Assembly (NCBI GenBank): GCA_046563655.1 | Contig: CM102287.1 | Location: 10,354,001 to 10,418,000 of the forward strand | Source of the DNA: Yuukianura sp. NJ FZ-2021 | Taxonomy: Eukaryota | Direction: 5' to 3' | Length of the DNA stretch: 64,000 nt | The notes under the pieces: model-generated | What the model saw: the letters and a program-made list of their open reading frames with translations, nothing else | Database searches by the model: none | Told to the model about the DNA's origin: nothing | Shown: positions 1-12,884 of the stretch, one piece after another | How the letters are laid out: each line of letters begins with the position of its first letter | Position numbering within the stretch: the first letter of the stretch is position 1 | Position numbers and translations under genes: made by a program

Positions 1-35
1 AGTTTTAGTTTTAATTAACTTTGGATTTTTTGTAG

Positions 36-3000
36 GTGGAGTTGCGATGATTCGACTGGGGGATGTGATAGTTGAGTTTCATCCGATGTTTCGGTTTTAC
101 ATCACAACCAAATTGCGGAATCCACACTACCTTCCAGAAATCTCTACCAAAGTCCTTCTTCTCAATTTCATGATCACTCTCGAGGGACTGGAAGATCAGC
201 TCCTCGGAATTGTCGTCGCAAAAGAACGGTTAGACAACTTTTGTGCAACTTTTTTGCAACTTCCTAAAAAGTGTTTCTCTTACCGTCTTTGTTTGAATTT
301 CTAGTCCGAAACTGGAAGCGGAGCGACAAGAGTTGGTGGCGACCACTGCTAGGAATACGAAAGCACTCAAAGATGTAGAAGACAACATTTTGAATACGTT
401 ATCGTCGTCACAAGGAAACATCCTGGAAGATGAATATGCAATTGAGATACTCGATTCATCCAAGAAGATTTCAAGCGACATCCAGGAAAAACAGGTCGTG
501 GCAATGCAGACTGAAAAGCAAATTGAAAAGCATCGACTTGCGTTTAGACCAATTGCCCAGTAAAACAAAATATTCAATTACTTTTGAGAAATGTTCTTGA
601 ATTCTAATGTTTTGATTTTATATTTGTAGACATACGAGTGTTCTGTTCTTCTCGTTGACTGAATTACCCAACATTGATCCCATGTACCAGTATTCACTCA
701 ATTGGTTTGTCAATCTCTTCATCAATTCTATTGAACGAAGGTAAACACGGAAAAATTGTTACTTTCGAAAAAGCTGAATGTTACCAATTTTCTTATGCTT
801 TTGTACAGTGATCCGAGTCGAGTTTTGGAGAAAAGACTGAAGAATGTGATCGAACATTTCATGTTCAACTTGTACTCGAATGTGTGCCGAAGTCTTTTTG
901 AAAAAGACAAACTCTTGTTTTCCTTCATCCTCTGCGTTATCATTCTCTTGTGAGACTTTTTACACAATATGATTCAAAATTGATCAAAAAAGAAGAACTA
1001 ACTTTGAAAATTTTGAATTTCAGATCCCAGCAGAAACTGACGAAAGACGAATTTAAATTTTTGCTGACCGGTGGTGTTGGTCTTGCGAACGAACTGAAGA
1101 ATCCAGGGAAAGGATGGCTCTCTCCAGTTGCCTGGGACGAATTGTGTCGACTATCTCAGATGACCGGAGTTTGTCCAGCGATCAAAGGATTCCTGGATGA
1201 CTTTGAGAAAAAAATCGGTGCGTGGAAGGAGTTTTATAACTCCGCGGATCCAGCTGTAACTCCGCTACCTCCACCTTGGCAAGAGAGACTCACGCCCTTC
1301 CAACGCATGATGGTTCTCCGATGTCTGCGTCCAGACAAACTTATTCCGAGTATTCTTCTCTTTGTCACGGCCACACTTGGAGAAAAGTTTACACAACCAC
1401 CGCCATTTGACCTTGCGACCTCTTATCTTGATTCGTCGCATCTCATTCCACTCGTGTTCATGTTGTCTCCTGGAGCAGATCCAATGGCAGCTTTACTCAA
1501 GTTTGCAGAAGATTCTGGATTCGTTGGAACCAAGTTTGAAGCAATTTCACTAGGACAGGGACAAGTTAGTCTGATTTCCATGTAAAAAAAAAAAAGTCAA
1601 GACTTGTTCTGAAAATTTTTGAATTTGAATTTTTGAATTTCAGGGACCAATTGCAAAGCAGATGATTTTGAAAGCAGAGGAAGAGGGGAACTGGGTGTGT
1701 CTGCAGAATTGTCACTTGGCAGCATCCTGGATGCCGGAACTGGAGCGATTGTGTGAAGAAATGGGAAACGCTAAGATCCAGCCAGAATTTCGCTTATGGT
1801 TGACTTCGTACCCATCGCCCAAGGTCACGCAAATTGTTTTTTTTTGTTTGCCACTTCTTAGTATTATACTTATGAAAATTTTTACAACTACCTACTGACA
1901 TAAAATTTTGGTTTTCTGGAACAGTTCCCAGTGGCGATTCTGCAGAACAGTGTGAAGATGACGAATGAACCGCCGACGGGTCTGCGCATGAATCTTTTGC
2001 AATCATACAGTTCCGACCCCATTTCAGATCCAAAGTTCTACGGAGGCTGTCCAGGAAAAGACACTGAATTCAGAAAGTTGCTGTATGGACTTTGTTTTTT
2101 CCATGCTGTTGTGCAAGAACGAAGGTAACCTTAATTTAAGTAACAACTAATTAACTTAACAACTAATTAATTTGTACGCAATTAAATTAGAATATTGTCT
2201 TGGGCAGGAAATTCGGACCGCTTGGATTCAACATTCCTTATGGCTTCAACGACTCGGATTTGCGGATTTCAATTCGTCAGCTGCAGGTAAGTTTTTTCCA
2301 AAACCAAAATTTTGAAACTTATTGCCCAAAATCATGATTTAAAAAAAAGTTGTTTTTTTTTTTTGTTTGTTTGTAGATGTTTTTGCTTGAATATCCACAA
2401 GTTCCATATGATGCCATCGCATACTTGACTGGCGAATGCAACTACGGTGGACGTGTAACTGACGATTGGGACAGGTTATGCTTGTTCAATTTTTTAAACA
2501 GTAGTTTTTGAAAAAAAAAAATGAACTTATTTAATTTTAGACGTACACTGAACACCGTATTGGCTGACTTCTGCTGTCCAGAACTAACTGCTAATCCAAA
2601 CTACAAGTTTTCACCTTCTGGAATTTACGGTGTTCCACAACAATTGGGCTACGAAGATGTTTTACAATCGATCAAGGTTAGCATGTACAAGGGTTACCTG
2701 TACATTGTCCTAGTATCCAAAATTCCAAAATGTGTAACTTTTTCGAAATTTTGAAATTGTTCCAGAAATTGCCAGCAGTTTCAAAACCGGAAGTTTACAG
2801 AATGCATCCGAACGTGGACATTAGTCGAGAACTGCAAGAGACACGGAACCTTTGTGATGCTGTTTTACTCACTCAAGATCAATCAGGAGGAGGAGCCGAT
2901 GGAAAATTTGATTCATCGCTGGATGATATTGCAAATGGAATCCTTTCCAAGGTTCTAACACGATTTTTTTTTTAAAAGAAAAAGGAAAATTGAAAAAAAT

Positions 3001-3875
3001 TCGTTTTGTTTAGCTTCCAGAAAATTTTGACCTTGAAGTTGCTCTTGCCAAGTACCCGACTACTTACACAGAGTCAATGAACACCGTTTTGGTTCAAGAA
3101 ATGGAACGATTCAATCGCCTCCTCACGCGCATTCGCAACACTCTCAAAGATGTGCAGAAGGCCATCAAAGGACTCATTGTGATGTCACCAGATTTGGAGG
3201 CCATGGCAGTGACACTGGCCAATGGGAAAGTTCCTGCACTTTGGGCCAAAGTGTCTTACCCAAGTCTCAAGCCACTTGGATCCTACATCACAGACTTCCT
3301 CGAAAGACTTCGCTTTCTAGACAAGTGGTTCCGGGAAGGGAAACCACCAGTATTCTGGATCTCTGGATTCTACTTTACACAAGCATTTTTGACTGGAGCT
3401 ATGCAGAACTACGCTCGAAAATTCAAAATCCCAATTGATAAATTGGGATACGATTTCAGTATTTTGAAAGTTGACACGCTCAGCACTCCACCAGAAGACG
3501 GAGCTTATGTCTTTGGACTTTTTCTGGACGGAGCTCGATGGGATCGCCAACAGTAAGTTACTAAAAAGAATTGAAAAAAAAGAGTAAAAGTTAGAATAAC
3601 GAATTTGATTTGTTAGAAATCGACTGGATGAAATGCTGCCAAAAGTACTGTGGGACGCTATGCCAGTGATTTGGCTTGTACCAAAACAAAAATCAAAAAT
3701 TGAGAAAAGTGGGCGCTACGAATGTCCGGTTTATCGGACCTCGGAACGTCGTGGAACGCTTGCTACGACTGGACACTCGACAAATTACGTTCTTCCGATT
3801 CTACTTCCGACGAAAGAGGAACCACAGCACTGGATCAAGAGGGGAGTGGCACTTTTGTGCCAATTGGACAACTAG
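36..3875 (+). CDS. DNAH12: Axonemal inner-arm dynein heavy chain, C-terminal part (AAA5, AAA6, C-terminal domain); DNAH12/Dhc62B-like; 5'-partial, about 14 exons in window
   Basis: Spliced ORFs with GT-AG introns give [98 protein letters not shown] and terminal [36 protein letters not shown]. Stop TAG at 3873-3875. The dynein call is secure. The subfamily (DNAH12 vs DNAH3/7) rests on recalled diagnostic residues. Confidence 0.93.
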
Positions 3876-4163
3876 AAGCTAAAAGAACTTCCTAAACGAC
3901 GCTACAAACTATTACTCTAGTCAACCAAACAGTATGATCTCATTTTTGCAAGAGATTTTTGCACAAGAGAAATAGAAAGTGTTATTCAATTGAAAGGGAG
4001 GGAATTTTAACATCTCTTAGGAATTTTGAGTGGAAGGGATCAGCTGTAGTTTGCAAAAAACATAACGGAACTTTCATTCATTTGTTCAGTTTTAAGTTCT
4101 ACGTTTAATTAGTGTAGTTGTACTTTTTAAGTTCCATTCCATTGTTGTTTAGTTGTAATTCCA

Positions 4164-6700
4164 ATGGACATGTCTTCCGAATCCTTTGAGTTACTGGCAG
4201 AAGAACTGCAAAGTCTCTGTGAGACAATTGAAAAGAGGATTGATAAGAAGTTAGTTGTTAGTCCTTATGGTGAAGGCAGGAAAACACTAACCACAGAGCT
4301 TCAGCGAGATTTTGATGAAGCGCAACGATTTCTGCAACAAATGGAATCCGAATGTCGTCTAGCACCGCATCCATATCGATCTGAATTGATGGGAACTCTC
4401 CGAAAGCACCGCGAAAGCGTATCGAAGCTCAGGTCACGGTTCAACAACACCCTCGCAACGTTTGAAGGCACTCGGTAACTTCTAAGTCTCCATTTTTCTA
4501 TATAAATTAACAAAATTAAGGTTAGTTGAGATATTCTGAACGAATGGACCAATAAAATCGCTGCAAAGCGAATTTCGCAATGAATTTACGTTAGAAGCGA
4601 TTCCCGAGCCTTTGCGATGTAATTTGCGTTAATTCCCAGCTTTTCTTGATGGCAAATGACGGAGAATGTTGTTCTGTAATTTGATCCAAGCGATGGAAGC
4701 GCAAAAATCGCTGCAAAGTTGAAATTTTGAAAAATTAAGAACAAGGAGGAAGAATTAGCGTGTTTTGGAAAGAGTGTTTTACATGGGAAGCATTCGAGAG
4801 AGCAGAAAAGTTGATCGGAGATTATACGGAGCAGAGAGGCAGATAGGAAGGTTCCTCCTGCATTGCTTTTTGTATGGGAGTTTGAGTTGCGGGAAAAAGT
4901 AGGGGAAGGGCGAGGAACCTTTTTGGGTCGCATAATCTCCTGTCAGCTCGGATGGTTTCCCTGCAGCTTCCTTCACAAACCAATATAAAATCTCTCCCCC
5001 CGAAAATTTAAATTTCCAAAACTTTAAAAATTCATAACTTTTGAACGGAAAGAGATAGAGAATTTTACTCTACACGCCTGAATTCAGAAAAATGTGTAGA
5101 ATTTTTAAAAAATTCTAAAAAGCACCCTCAAGCTGTCAAAATTTTGATGCTGTGCTTTTTTTCTGTACTTCTCGTTTTTTATTTTTTACAATTTTGACAT
5201 AAAATTGTTTAGGACCATGTCGTATGACTAGATCCGAGCGCTGGAGTCACAGAAATCGCTGCAAAGTGGAAATTTTTCGAAGTGAAAAACTACTAAAAAT
5301 GAGTGTTTGTAGGGGGATGAAAAAGTTGAATCGAGAAGTGATGACTTTTGAATGGGCTAATCCCTCAACTTTTCCTCCATTCAAACTTAATTTCAAAATT
5401 CAAAAACTTTAAAAATTCATAACTTTTTAACGGAAAGACATAGAGAATTTTACTCTACACGCCTGAATTCAGAAAAATGTGTAGAATTTTTAAAAAATTC
5501 TAAAAAGCACCCTCAAGCTGTCAAAATTTTGATGCTGTGCTTTTTTTCTGTACTTCTCGTTTTTTATTTTTTACAATTTTGACATAAAATTGTTTAGGAC
5601 CATGTCGCATGACTAGATCCGAGCGCTGGAGCCACAGAAATCGCTGCAAAGTGGAAATTTTTTGAAGTGAAAAACGACTAAAAATGAGTGTTGAAAAAGT
5701 TGAGTCGAAAAGTGAAGACTTTTGAATGGGCTAATCCCTCAACTTTTCCTCCATTCAAACTTAATTTCAAAATTCAAAAAACTTTAAAAATTCATAACTT
5801 TTTAACGGAAAGACATAGAGAATTTTACTCTACACGCCTGAATTCAGAAAAATGTGTAGAATTTTTAAAAAATTCTAAAAAGCACCCTCAAGCTGTCAAA
5901 ATTTTGATGCTGTGCTTTTTTTCTGTACTTCTCGTTTTTTATTTTTTACAATTTTGACCTCAAATTGTTTAGGACCATGTCGTATGACTAGATCCGAGCG
6001 CTGGAGCCACAGAAATCGCTGCAAAGTGGAAATTTTTTGAAGTGAAAAACGACTAAAAATGAGTGTGTGCAGGGGGATGAAAAAGTTTAGTCGGAAAGTG
6101 AGGACTTTTGAATGAGTTAATCCCTCAACTTTTTCGTCCATTCAAACTCACCTTCATACAAAATCATTTCCAAATTCAAAAAAACTTTGCAACTACGTAT
6201 CTCGGGAATCGAATGCTTCCGATTGATCGCCAATTCCTTCACCAGTGAACTCAGAATGACCTAAATTTTTGAATTTGATTTCATTTTTTTTTGTATTTTA
6301 GAGTAAGCGGACTAGCAGATCCGAGGCAGGTTGTGCTGGAAGGTCGAAACATTCTGGAGAGAACTTCCAACAGCATCTCACGGTAAGATAGCTCGTAACT
6401 TCAAAAATTGTAAAATTGAATCTAATAAGTTATTTTAATTTGGTTTTTAGTTCCACTGCTGTGGCAATCGAGACTGAACAGATCGGAAACGAAGTGGTGG
6501 GGGAGCTGGGGACTCAGCGGGAAGCGCTGCTTCGAACAAAGACGCGATTGGTGGACACTGACGTAGAGATTTCCAGAAGCCGCAAAATCCTGCGTTCAAT
6601 GTACGTCAACATGGTCTACAACAAACTCATTCTCATCGGAATCATCATCCTGGAAGTTGGAATCATCGGAGTCGTTTCTTACTTGAAGTTTATCAAGTAA
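4164..6700 (+). CDS. VTI1B: Vesicle transport v-SNARE Vti1b-like (Habc domain, Qb-SNARE motif, C-terminal TM); exons 4164-4474, 6302-6382, 6451-6700
   Basis: Exons join in frame across GT-AG introns. N-terminus MSSESFE...MESECRLAPHPYR, SNARE helix AIETEQIGNEVVGELGTQREALLRTKTRLVDT..SRSRKILRSM, TM NKLILIGIIILEVGIIGVVSYLKF. Confidence 0.92.
5021..6150. repeat. Three tandem ~375-385 bp units in Vti1b intron 1, plus degenerate partial copies at about 4545-4740; probable non-autonomous transposon or satellite
   Basis: ACTTTAAAAATTCATAACTTTT starts units at 5021, 5406 and 5781. AAATCGCTGCAAAG recurs at 4555, 4705, 5253, 5638 and 6013. The units are near-identical. Confidence 0.9.
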
Positions 6701-7678
6701 ACTTCGTCACCTTCATCGTGCCATCGTCTACAACTCCACTTCTTACACAAAACCACCGAATTTGTTGTTAAAATACAGTTCCAGTACGCATACTCGCAGC
6801 ATCTTGGAGTTATGCTGTTCTTACCTTGATTCCCTTATTTTTTAAACTAATTTAAACGTTAGTAGTGTCCTGTCTAAGTTCATCCTGAGTATTTGCGGTG
6901 AAAATAAAGTTATTTAAAAATACTGCGGAGTTTATTGGAGTTGTAGTGAAATAGAGGAGGGTTTGCACAGTGTTTCCAAATACTTTTGATTATTGCTAGA
7001 CCATGTCTTATAAAATACTCCAAGTGTAGAATTGGTTTCACTAAATAATTATTATCAAGTACAAGGCCCTTTCCAAAGGCATTTAGATTCCAAAGAAGCA
7101 CGACCATCACAATTCTTAAGTTCCCCAAACTTACTAAATAGCAGCATCCCTTAACACGTCTAAAAATGGGGGGTTTCCAGAACACAGTTCCAGAAACACA
7201 GCGGGGGATTGGGGTGTGAGGTACTGGCTGTCACAGGGTGTCGTTGTTTCTTGAAATACTTTGGGCATATCCTCATACTCTTAGTATTTGTGATTTAAAA
7301 TTAAACTTTTAAATACTATTCATTATAAATAGATTCCACATTACAACTATTTAAAATACTTTTAAACCTTTAAAACAATAAATTAAAATTAACATTCGTA
7401 CTCGAGTATACATGATTTTGCGAGCAGAAAAACAATTGTGACAGTTTGACGTTGTGAATTGAGACTGTTATAAGTTATTCGTTGAGACACATCCATACTG
7501 TAGTTCCTGGTAATACACTTTACCTTCCACCTAAGTACAAACTGTTAAGTATCATTTAGGAGCGCTGATCTTAAAGTTTAAGTTTTACAAAAAAGTACTT
7601 TTCGTTCTCTATGTACAAAATTGTTTTTGAGGGACGGCTAGAGTTAGTGTTGTAGAAAATGTTGAGATTTTAGTTGTT

Positions 7679-10433
7679 TTAGACTTCAGTTTTGATAGTG
7701 GGCGGGGGGAAGGCCTCTGAGATGGTAAGCGTCCCGTCGGAACCACCACGCACGTTGAGACTGATGTTGCCATTGGCATCCACCAAACTATTGTTGTTTG
7801 GCTCCTCCTCCTCCATCTTCAGATTCTCGTCGGATTTGGAAATACTGAGCTTACGGCCCGGCATTCCGCCACTTCCTTTACGAAATGCACTCATACCACG
7901 CACCCTAATTCACAAAATAAGACAGAATTAACAAAAAACTCACAAAAACAACAACTAAAATTTAAAACGATTACGTTACTTACCAGAGTTCTCTGTGTCT
8001 GTAAGCAAAGTGTTTACGTAGAGCATCTCTCGATCTAGAGGCGTGGCTGCAAACTGAACAAACGAAAACTTGACCCGAATGACCTTCCATATGGACCTGA
8101 AAAAACACAAAAGTTATAATTCGTTGGCCTTAAAATGAAAGTTGACCTAGAAAATTGTTAATTTTAGTTTGACTTACGCGAAGGTTGTAAGCGTTGCTGA
8201 ATTTCTTATTGCAAATGTCACAAATGATGGCTTCTTGTGGCTTCTTCGGTTTCGGTTTTGTTGGTGGAAGGGACGGATCGTGACGCGAAGAAGAAATCAA
8301 ATCACCTTCGGAACCTGTATTTCTCGGTTTGCGTTTGACTCCACGCGTTGTTGATGGTTCCGAAAGTGGAAGATGTCGATGAATTTGATGCTGCTGGAAC
8401 TGCTGAAGCTGCTGTTGGTGAGACTGCATAGCTGAAGCCACTTTGGCCAAATCAATCAGCGGATTCTGAATACTCAAGGGAAGACCGATGTGACTCCCAC
8501 CTCGTCCGTTTCCACTGTATCTCTCCCTACTAAATTCGTTTCCAATGTGATATTCTACGTTGGGCTCCAGAAGTTGAGCTGGAATTGGCCCACTGTCATC
8601 TTGTTCATTTTCTCCTTCATCTTGACCCTGTCCATCTTGAAGCATAAAGTGACCTGAGCCATGGGACGGAGAATAGTAGACAGACTCTCCATATTCGCTT
8701 TCTCCATCTTCAGTATCTTCTGGATTGGAGTTACAACTGAGATTGACAGGACGTTCGTTGGGTGGAAAAGTGTTTGATCCTCCAGGGCTTTGGTTGCGTG
8801 GATTCTTGAGAAGGTTGTCTAGAATGCTAGTTCCACTGCCGATGAAGAGACGTCCAGATGAATTTTTGGATGGCGGAGATTCCTTGGAGCTTGATTTATT
8901 GCCAGGAGAAACTCGTGAGAGTTTGAGTGATTCTAGGAAGGCCGGTGGAGGAGGAAATGGCGAGTTGCTTTTTGACCTTTCCCCTGACCTTGAATCTCCT
9001 CGTCTGCTCGAGTGGTAAGAGTATGCCGAGTGAGAACTTTGTACTGAGGGGGTTGGTGAAGGTGACGGAAGTGAAGAGACATGAACTCCATGGATGGATG
9101 GAATTGTAGGCAGTTGCATCGTAGGCATTCCAGAGTCACTGCTCAATCCTTCTTTTGTCGATCCATTTTCAGCCCCATCTTTAGTCTGTTGTCCAGATGA
9201 AGGTGACGGGGATGCGCGTGTCGTTTGTCCAACGTCAGGTACCATTCCAGTTAGAGATTCCAGAACACCCTGTAAAACAACAAATAATTTGAATTTGAAG
9301 ATTGAATTAAACTTTTAAAAAGTATTTTGAAGTAATTAGGGTTAGAATGCTTCAAAGTTTACCGGTTCGCCGAATCCAGATATTCCGAGGAACTTGGCTC
9401 CTGCCACTAGCTGTGGTATAAGTGAGACGGGGACATGTGCTTCTCCGCAGTAGAGGAAACTGAGCAGTGCCTTTCCAGCTTCAGGCGGAATGTCAACCAC
9501 AATGACAGGCATCATATGGGAGGCTGTGACCATTGTCTATTTTTAAAAAAACAGAAAGCATTAGTAATTGGAAGAAGTAGGTCTCTGGGCACGTGGAAGT
9601 CCTGGATTCTCATCTTTCAACTGGCAGAATACTTGAGAGTCTCAAGGAAGCTGAGATGACTGTTTCTATTTCTGGAAAATCCAGTGAGTCAGCTTAGCTT
9701 TTCCTTTGCCTGAGTGTGGTGGCGTCCAGAAAGAGGTACGACCAGGCGCCAACCTTTAGCTTTTCCTGCTCTTATTCGGAGTGAAGGAGAGGAGAGCGGA
9801 GGCTAAATTTAGGAAATTCAATGGAACATCCTCCCTCTGCTCTCCATTCACTTTTTATGGACATATTCCAAGAAGTGGAAGTGGATTCGTCCCTACTGGT
9901 GACTGGCATTTCTGGACACGTTGGCCAGGAGCCAATTCTGAGCTCTCTTCCTAAAACCCGCTTTCTTTTCTTTGTTCTCCATTGTTAGGGGGGACTTAAT
10001 AAGAGAAACAAGAGAGGAATGGACTCACCTGGACGACAGATGCGACATAGGGAGAAGCTGCCGTGAGAATTATTTTGTGGACGGGAAGTGGAGTGCCTTG
10101 ACATAGCAGAACTGCGTCCGTTCCGATTCCGTTGTCCCAGAGATTGGCCAGTGACTTCTGGAGAGCCAGTAGCTGCGTGTTCCACTTGAGACTGTACATG
10201 TTCGTTTTGGAAGAACTGTTGGACCCCTGTGTTGGAGCCGTTGAAGGGGGAGAGAGAGTGTGCTTAATACTGGACTGCGTCGTGGTTGAGTCTGGATTGA
10301 TTCCTCCGATTCCAATGGAGACTCCTGGTGGATGCAAGGGGCCCTTCGACTCCCCTCTTCCCTTCAATTCAAAGACGCTGAGGGTACTCATGCTATTTGC
10401 AGCAGAGGAGGGAGGTCCAGTACCCTTTTCCAT
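7679..10433 (-). CDS. Tramtrack-group BTB/POZ + two C2H2 zinc-finger transcription factor; exons 10433-10029, 9536-9363, 9269-8178, 8096-7984, 7904-7679
   Basis: BTB: YSLKWN..TDAVLLCQG..PVHKIILTAASPY..ALLSFLYCGEAHV..LVAGAKFLGISG. Fingers after splicing: CDICNKKFSNAYNLRVHMEGH and CSVCSHASRSRDALRKHFAYRH. The fingers resemble Drosophila CG12236-type proteins (from memory). A probable 5' UTR exon has its donor near 11160. Confidence 0.9.
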
Positions 10434-12884
10434 CCAGAACTACACCTTCAAATCCCTTTTGACCTGAAAAGGGAGAAACAGAGTTTTAGAACACATTTCA
10501 GAACAAAGTTAAGAGAAGGCCTTAGATGCTAAGGGGACTTAAGGGGTCATTCACTTCCAGAGAAAGAGACTCTTAGACCTGGTGCTGGTGAAAAAGGGAA
10601 CCATGAACTTGGTTCTATTTCTGTTCCTATTGTTTTGTTCCACGAACTGAGTTCCAAAATGGGACAGCGTGGGGAGGTAAGTGGCCAGGAGCACTGTTGA
10701 ACGTTGGAATCCTTCTGTGGTGGCTCATTCTTTGGAAGAATGGATCTGGTGGTGTAGAGAAGGTGTAAGGGGCAACTACCGATAACGCTACTTTGGCATA
10801 CTCAACTTCTGATTTCTAATTCCATGCGAAATGAGGAGAGAAGGAGGATGTTGGTCTTTCTTGACTTGCGAATCCAGTCTTTCCTTCTTCACCTCAATTT
10901 CGTTCCGTTTCGACGAGGGACATCCTCACAAGATGTACTTGGGAGGCCATGAACAAGACGAGTTTCACGACTGCTCTTCCACCACCAATTCTTGAGGTGG
11001 GCCCAACACAGGGGTCACTGGAGTTCAGTTCTTGACGGGGTCCAGCTAACATCCTCATTCCAACACACAATGAGATCCAAAACAATCAGAGGCCCTTGAA
11101 CTCTCAGTCAACTCTAACAATCATCTCCAAAAACTACTCAAAGAACATCTTATGTCTTACCTCTTCTTTCCTTAATTAGGCCAACTCCTCAGCTCCCAAA
11201 ATAAACACCGTCAACTAACTGGATTCAAACAAAGCTAACTTACAACTCTTCTTCTGACTTCATCCAAACAAATGTAAAACTCAAAAGAATCGTTTGTACA
11301 ACTAAAAACAGGAAATGAAAACGAAAAAATGAACAAAAACAACGAAAGTTCTTTTTTGAATGAAAATGTCAGTTCCCGCCATCCAATTTTCAAATTCAAA
11401 AAAATTCCAGCCGGCTAAATTCTAGTTCTCATTTTGCCCCAAAAGAGGGCGGAGCTTTATAGCGTCATTGCCACTCTTATCCAAACCAACATTTCTGGAA
11501 AATTCTAAGCCCATTTCGCTTTTCCAAAAACTACAAAATGGAAGTTGAAGATGTTGAAATTTTGAATTTTTTGTGTGGTTGGGAAAAGTGGATTGTTGAG
11601 AGGTGAGTTGGATGAGATGTTGGTGGGATTGCGGTCAAGATGGCTGCCGGAGTGGATGGAAATGGTGAGTTTTCTCTTCCGCCTTGGCTGGATGTCTTTT
11701 CAAAGTACAAAATCTTACGATTGAGGAATGAGGACACGAAGGAAGGGGTGGAAATATTTGCAAAGTGGTTTTGGCATGGGCTAACAGTACTTGTTCCTTC
11801 TAAATTGGCGAGGGAGTTGCAACTCCATGACACACCGTGTCCACTGTTGGAGAGAGTTGGTGGGAGGGGGATGAAATCTTGAGAAATTGGGGGTAGGGTG
11901 GGGGTAGGGGGTGGATTTGTGCATGGATGGAGACGGATAGGCATGGAGAGCTTTGGTCTCTCGCACGAGGTCAACGATCTCACTCCAACAATACTTCAGC
12001 CTTCCCACACTTTCTCAACCACTCCATGTCCCTGTCTCACGATTTCAAATACACAATTCCAAAGTTTTTGCAAAACGCCTCCGGCAACCTACAATCTCCT
12101 AAACTTCCCAATTTAGAATCCTCAACCACCCAATTTCCAAAGAATTTCAGCGATTTCCGACCGTTTTTCTCCAGAAAAGACCTCAAATCCATTTTCAAGA
12201 TTCTGGAAATATCCAAGTCCTGGACAAGATGAGTTGTACAATATGGATTTTTTGTGGTTGGAAATGTGCTGGATACTTGGCAGTATCTAGTCAGAGGGCG
12301 TAAGGAACAATGGACTGTGGGGTCGTTGGCTCTGATTGTTGGCTGGACTGAGTGTGTGGGTAAGATGGCTGCTGAATTGGCAACAAGTGGGCTGTAGCCT
12401 CCTTTGGAATGAGCACATGCAATCCCCAGTGCCTCAACCTCAAAACCCTTCTCACTTACGGTTCTTAGCCTCAATTACAACGCCACTTCCGCACAACTAC
12501 TTCCAACTACTGCCAGCATCAACTACTGCCAGCACCTCAACTGGGTCCAGGAATTCTAGTCGTCACCGGAGATGACTAATCCAGCAGAATTCTCTGGAGA
12601 AGATGACGAAGTGGAAGGGAAGGAGAGTGACGCTCTGGGATTTCATCTCCTGCCTACACACTTCAACACACGTCCTCAATACCTACCCTATGCATATGCT
12701 TCCAAATACAAACGTCATCTCAAAACCGGAACAAAAAAAGTTTCGGAAAAAACGTTTTTCGGATGAATGGAAAAACGATGAATCGGAAAGCACTCAAAGT
12801 ACAGATTCTCAGATTCCCTCACTTTAGCTTTCCCCTGTCTCTATTTTGTAAAAAAGCTAAAAACAGGAAGTCTTTTTTTCTTAC

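Noticed and set aside
5021..6150. ORFs at 5224, 5688 and 5896 and a CRISPR-like periodicity
   Set aside because: The ORFs are by-products of intronic tandem repeats. The units are contiguous with no unique spacers, there are no cas genes, and the context is eukaryotic.
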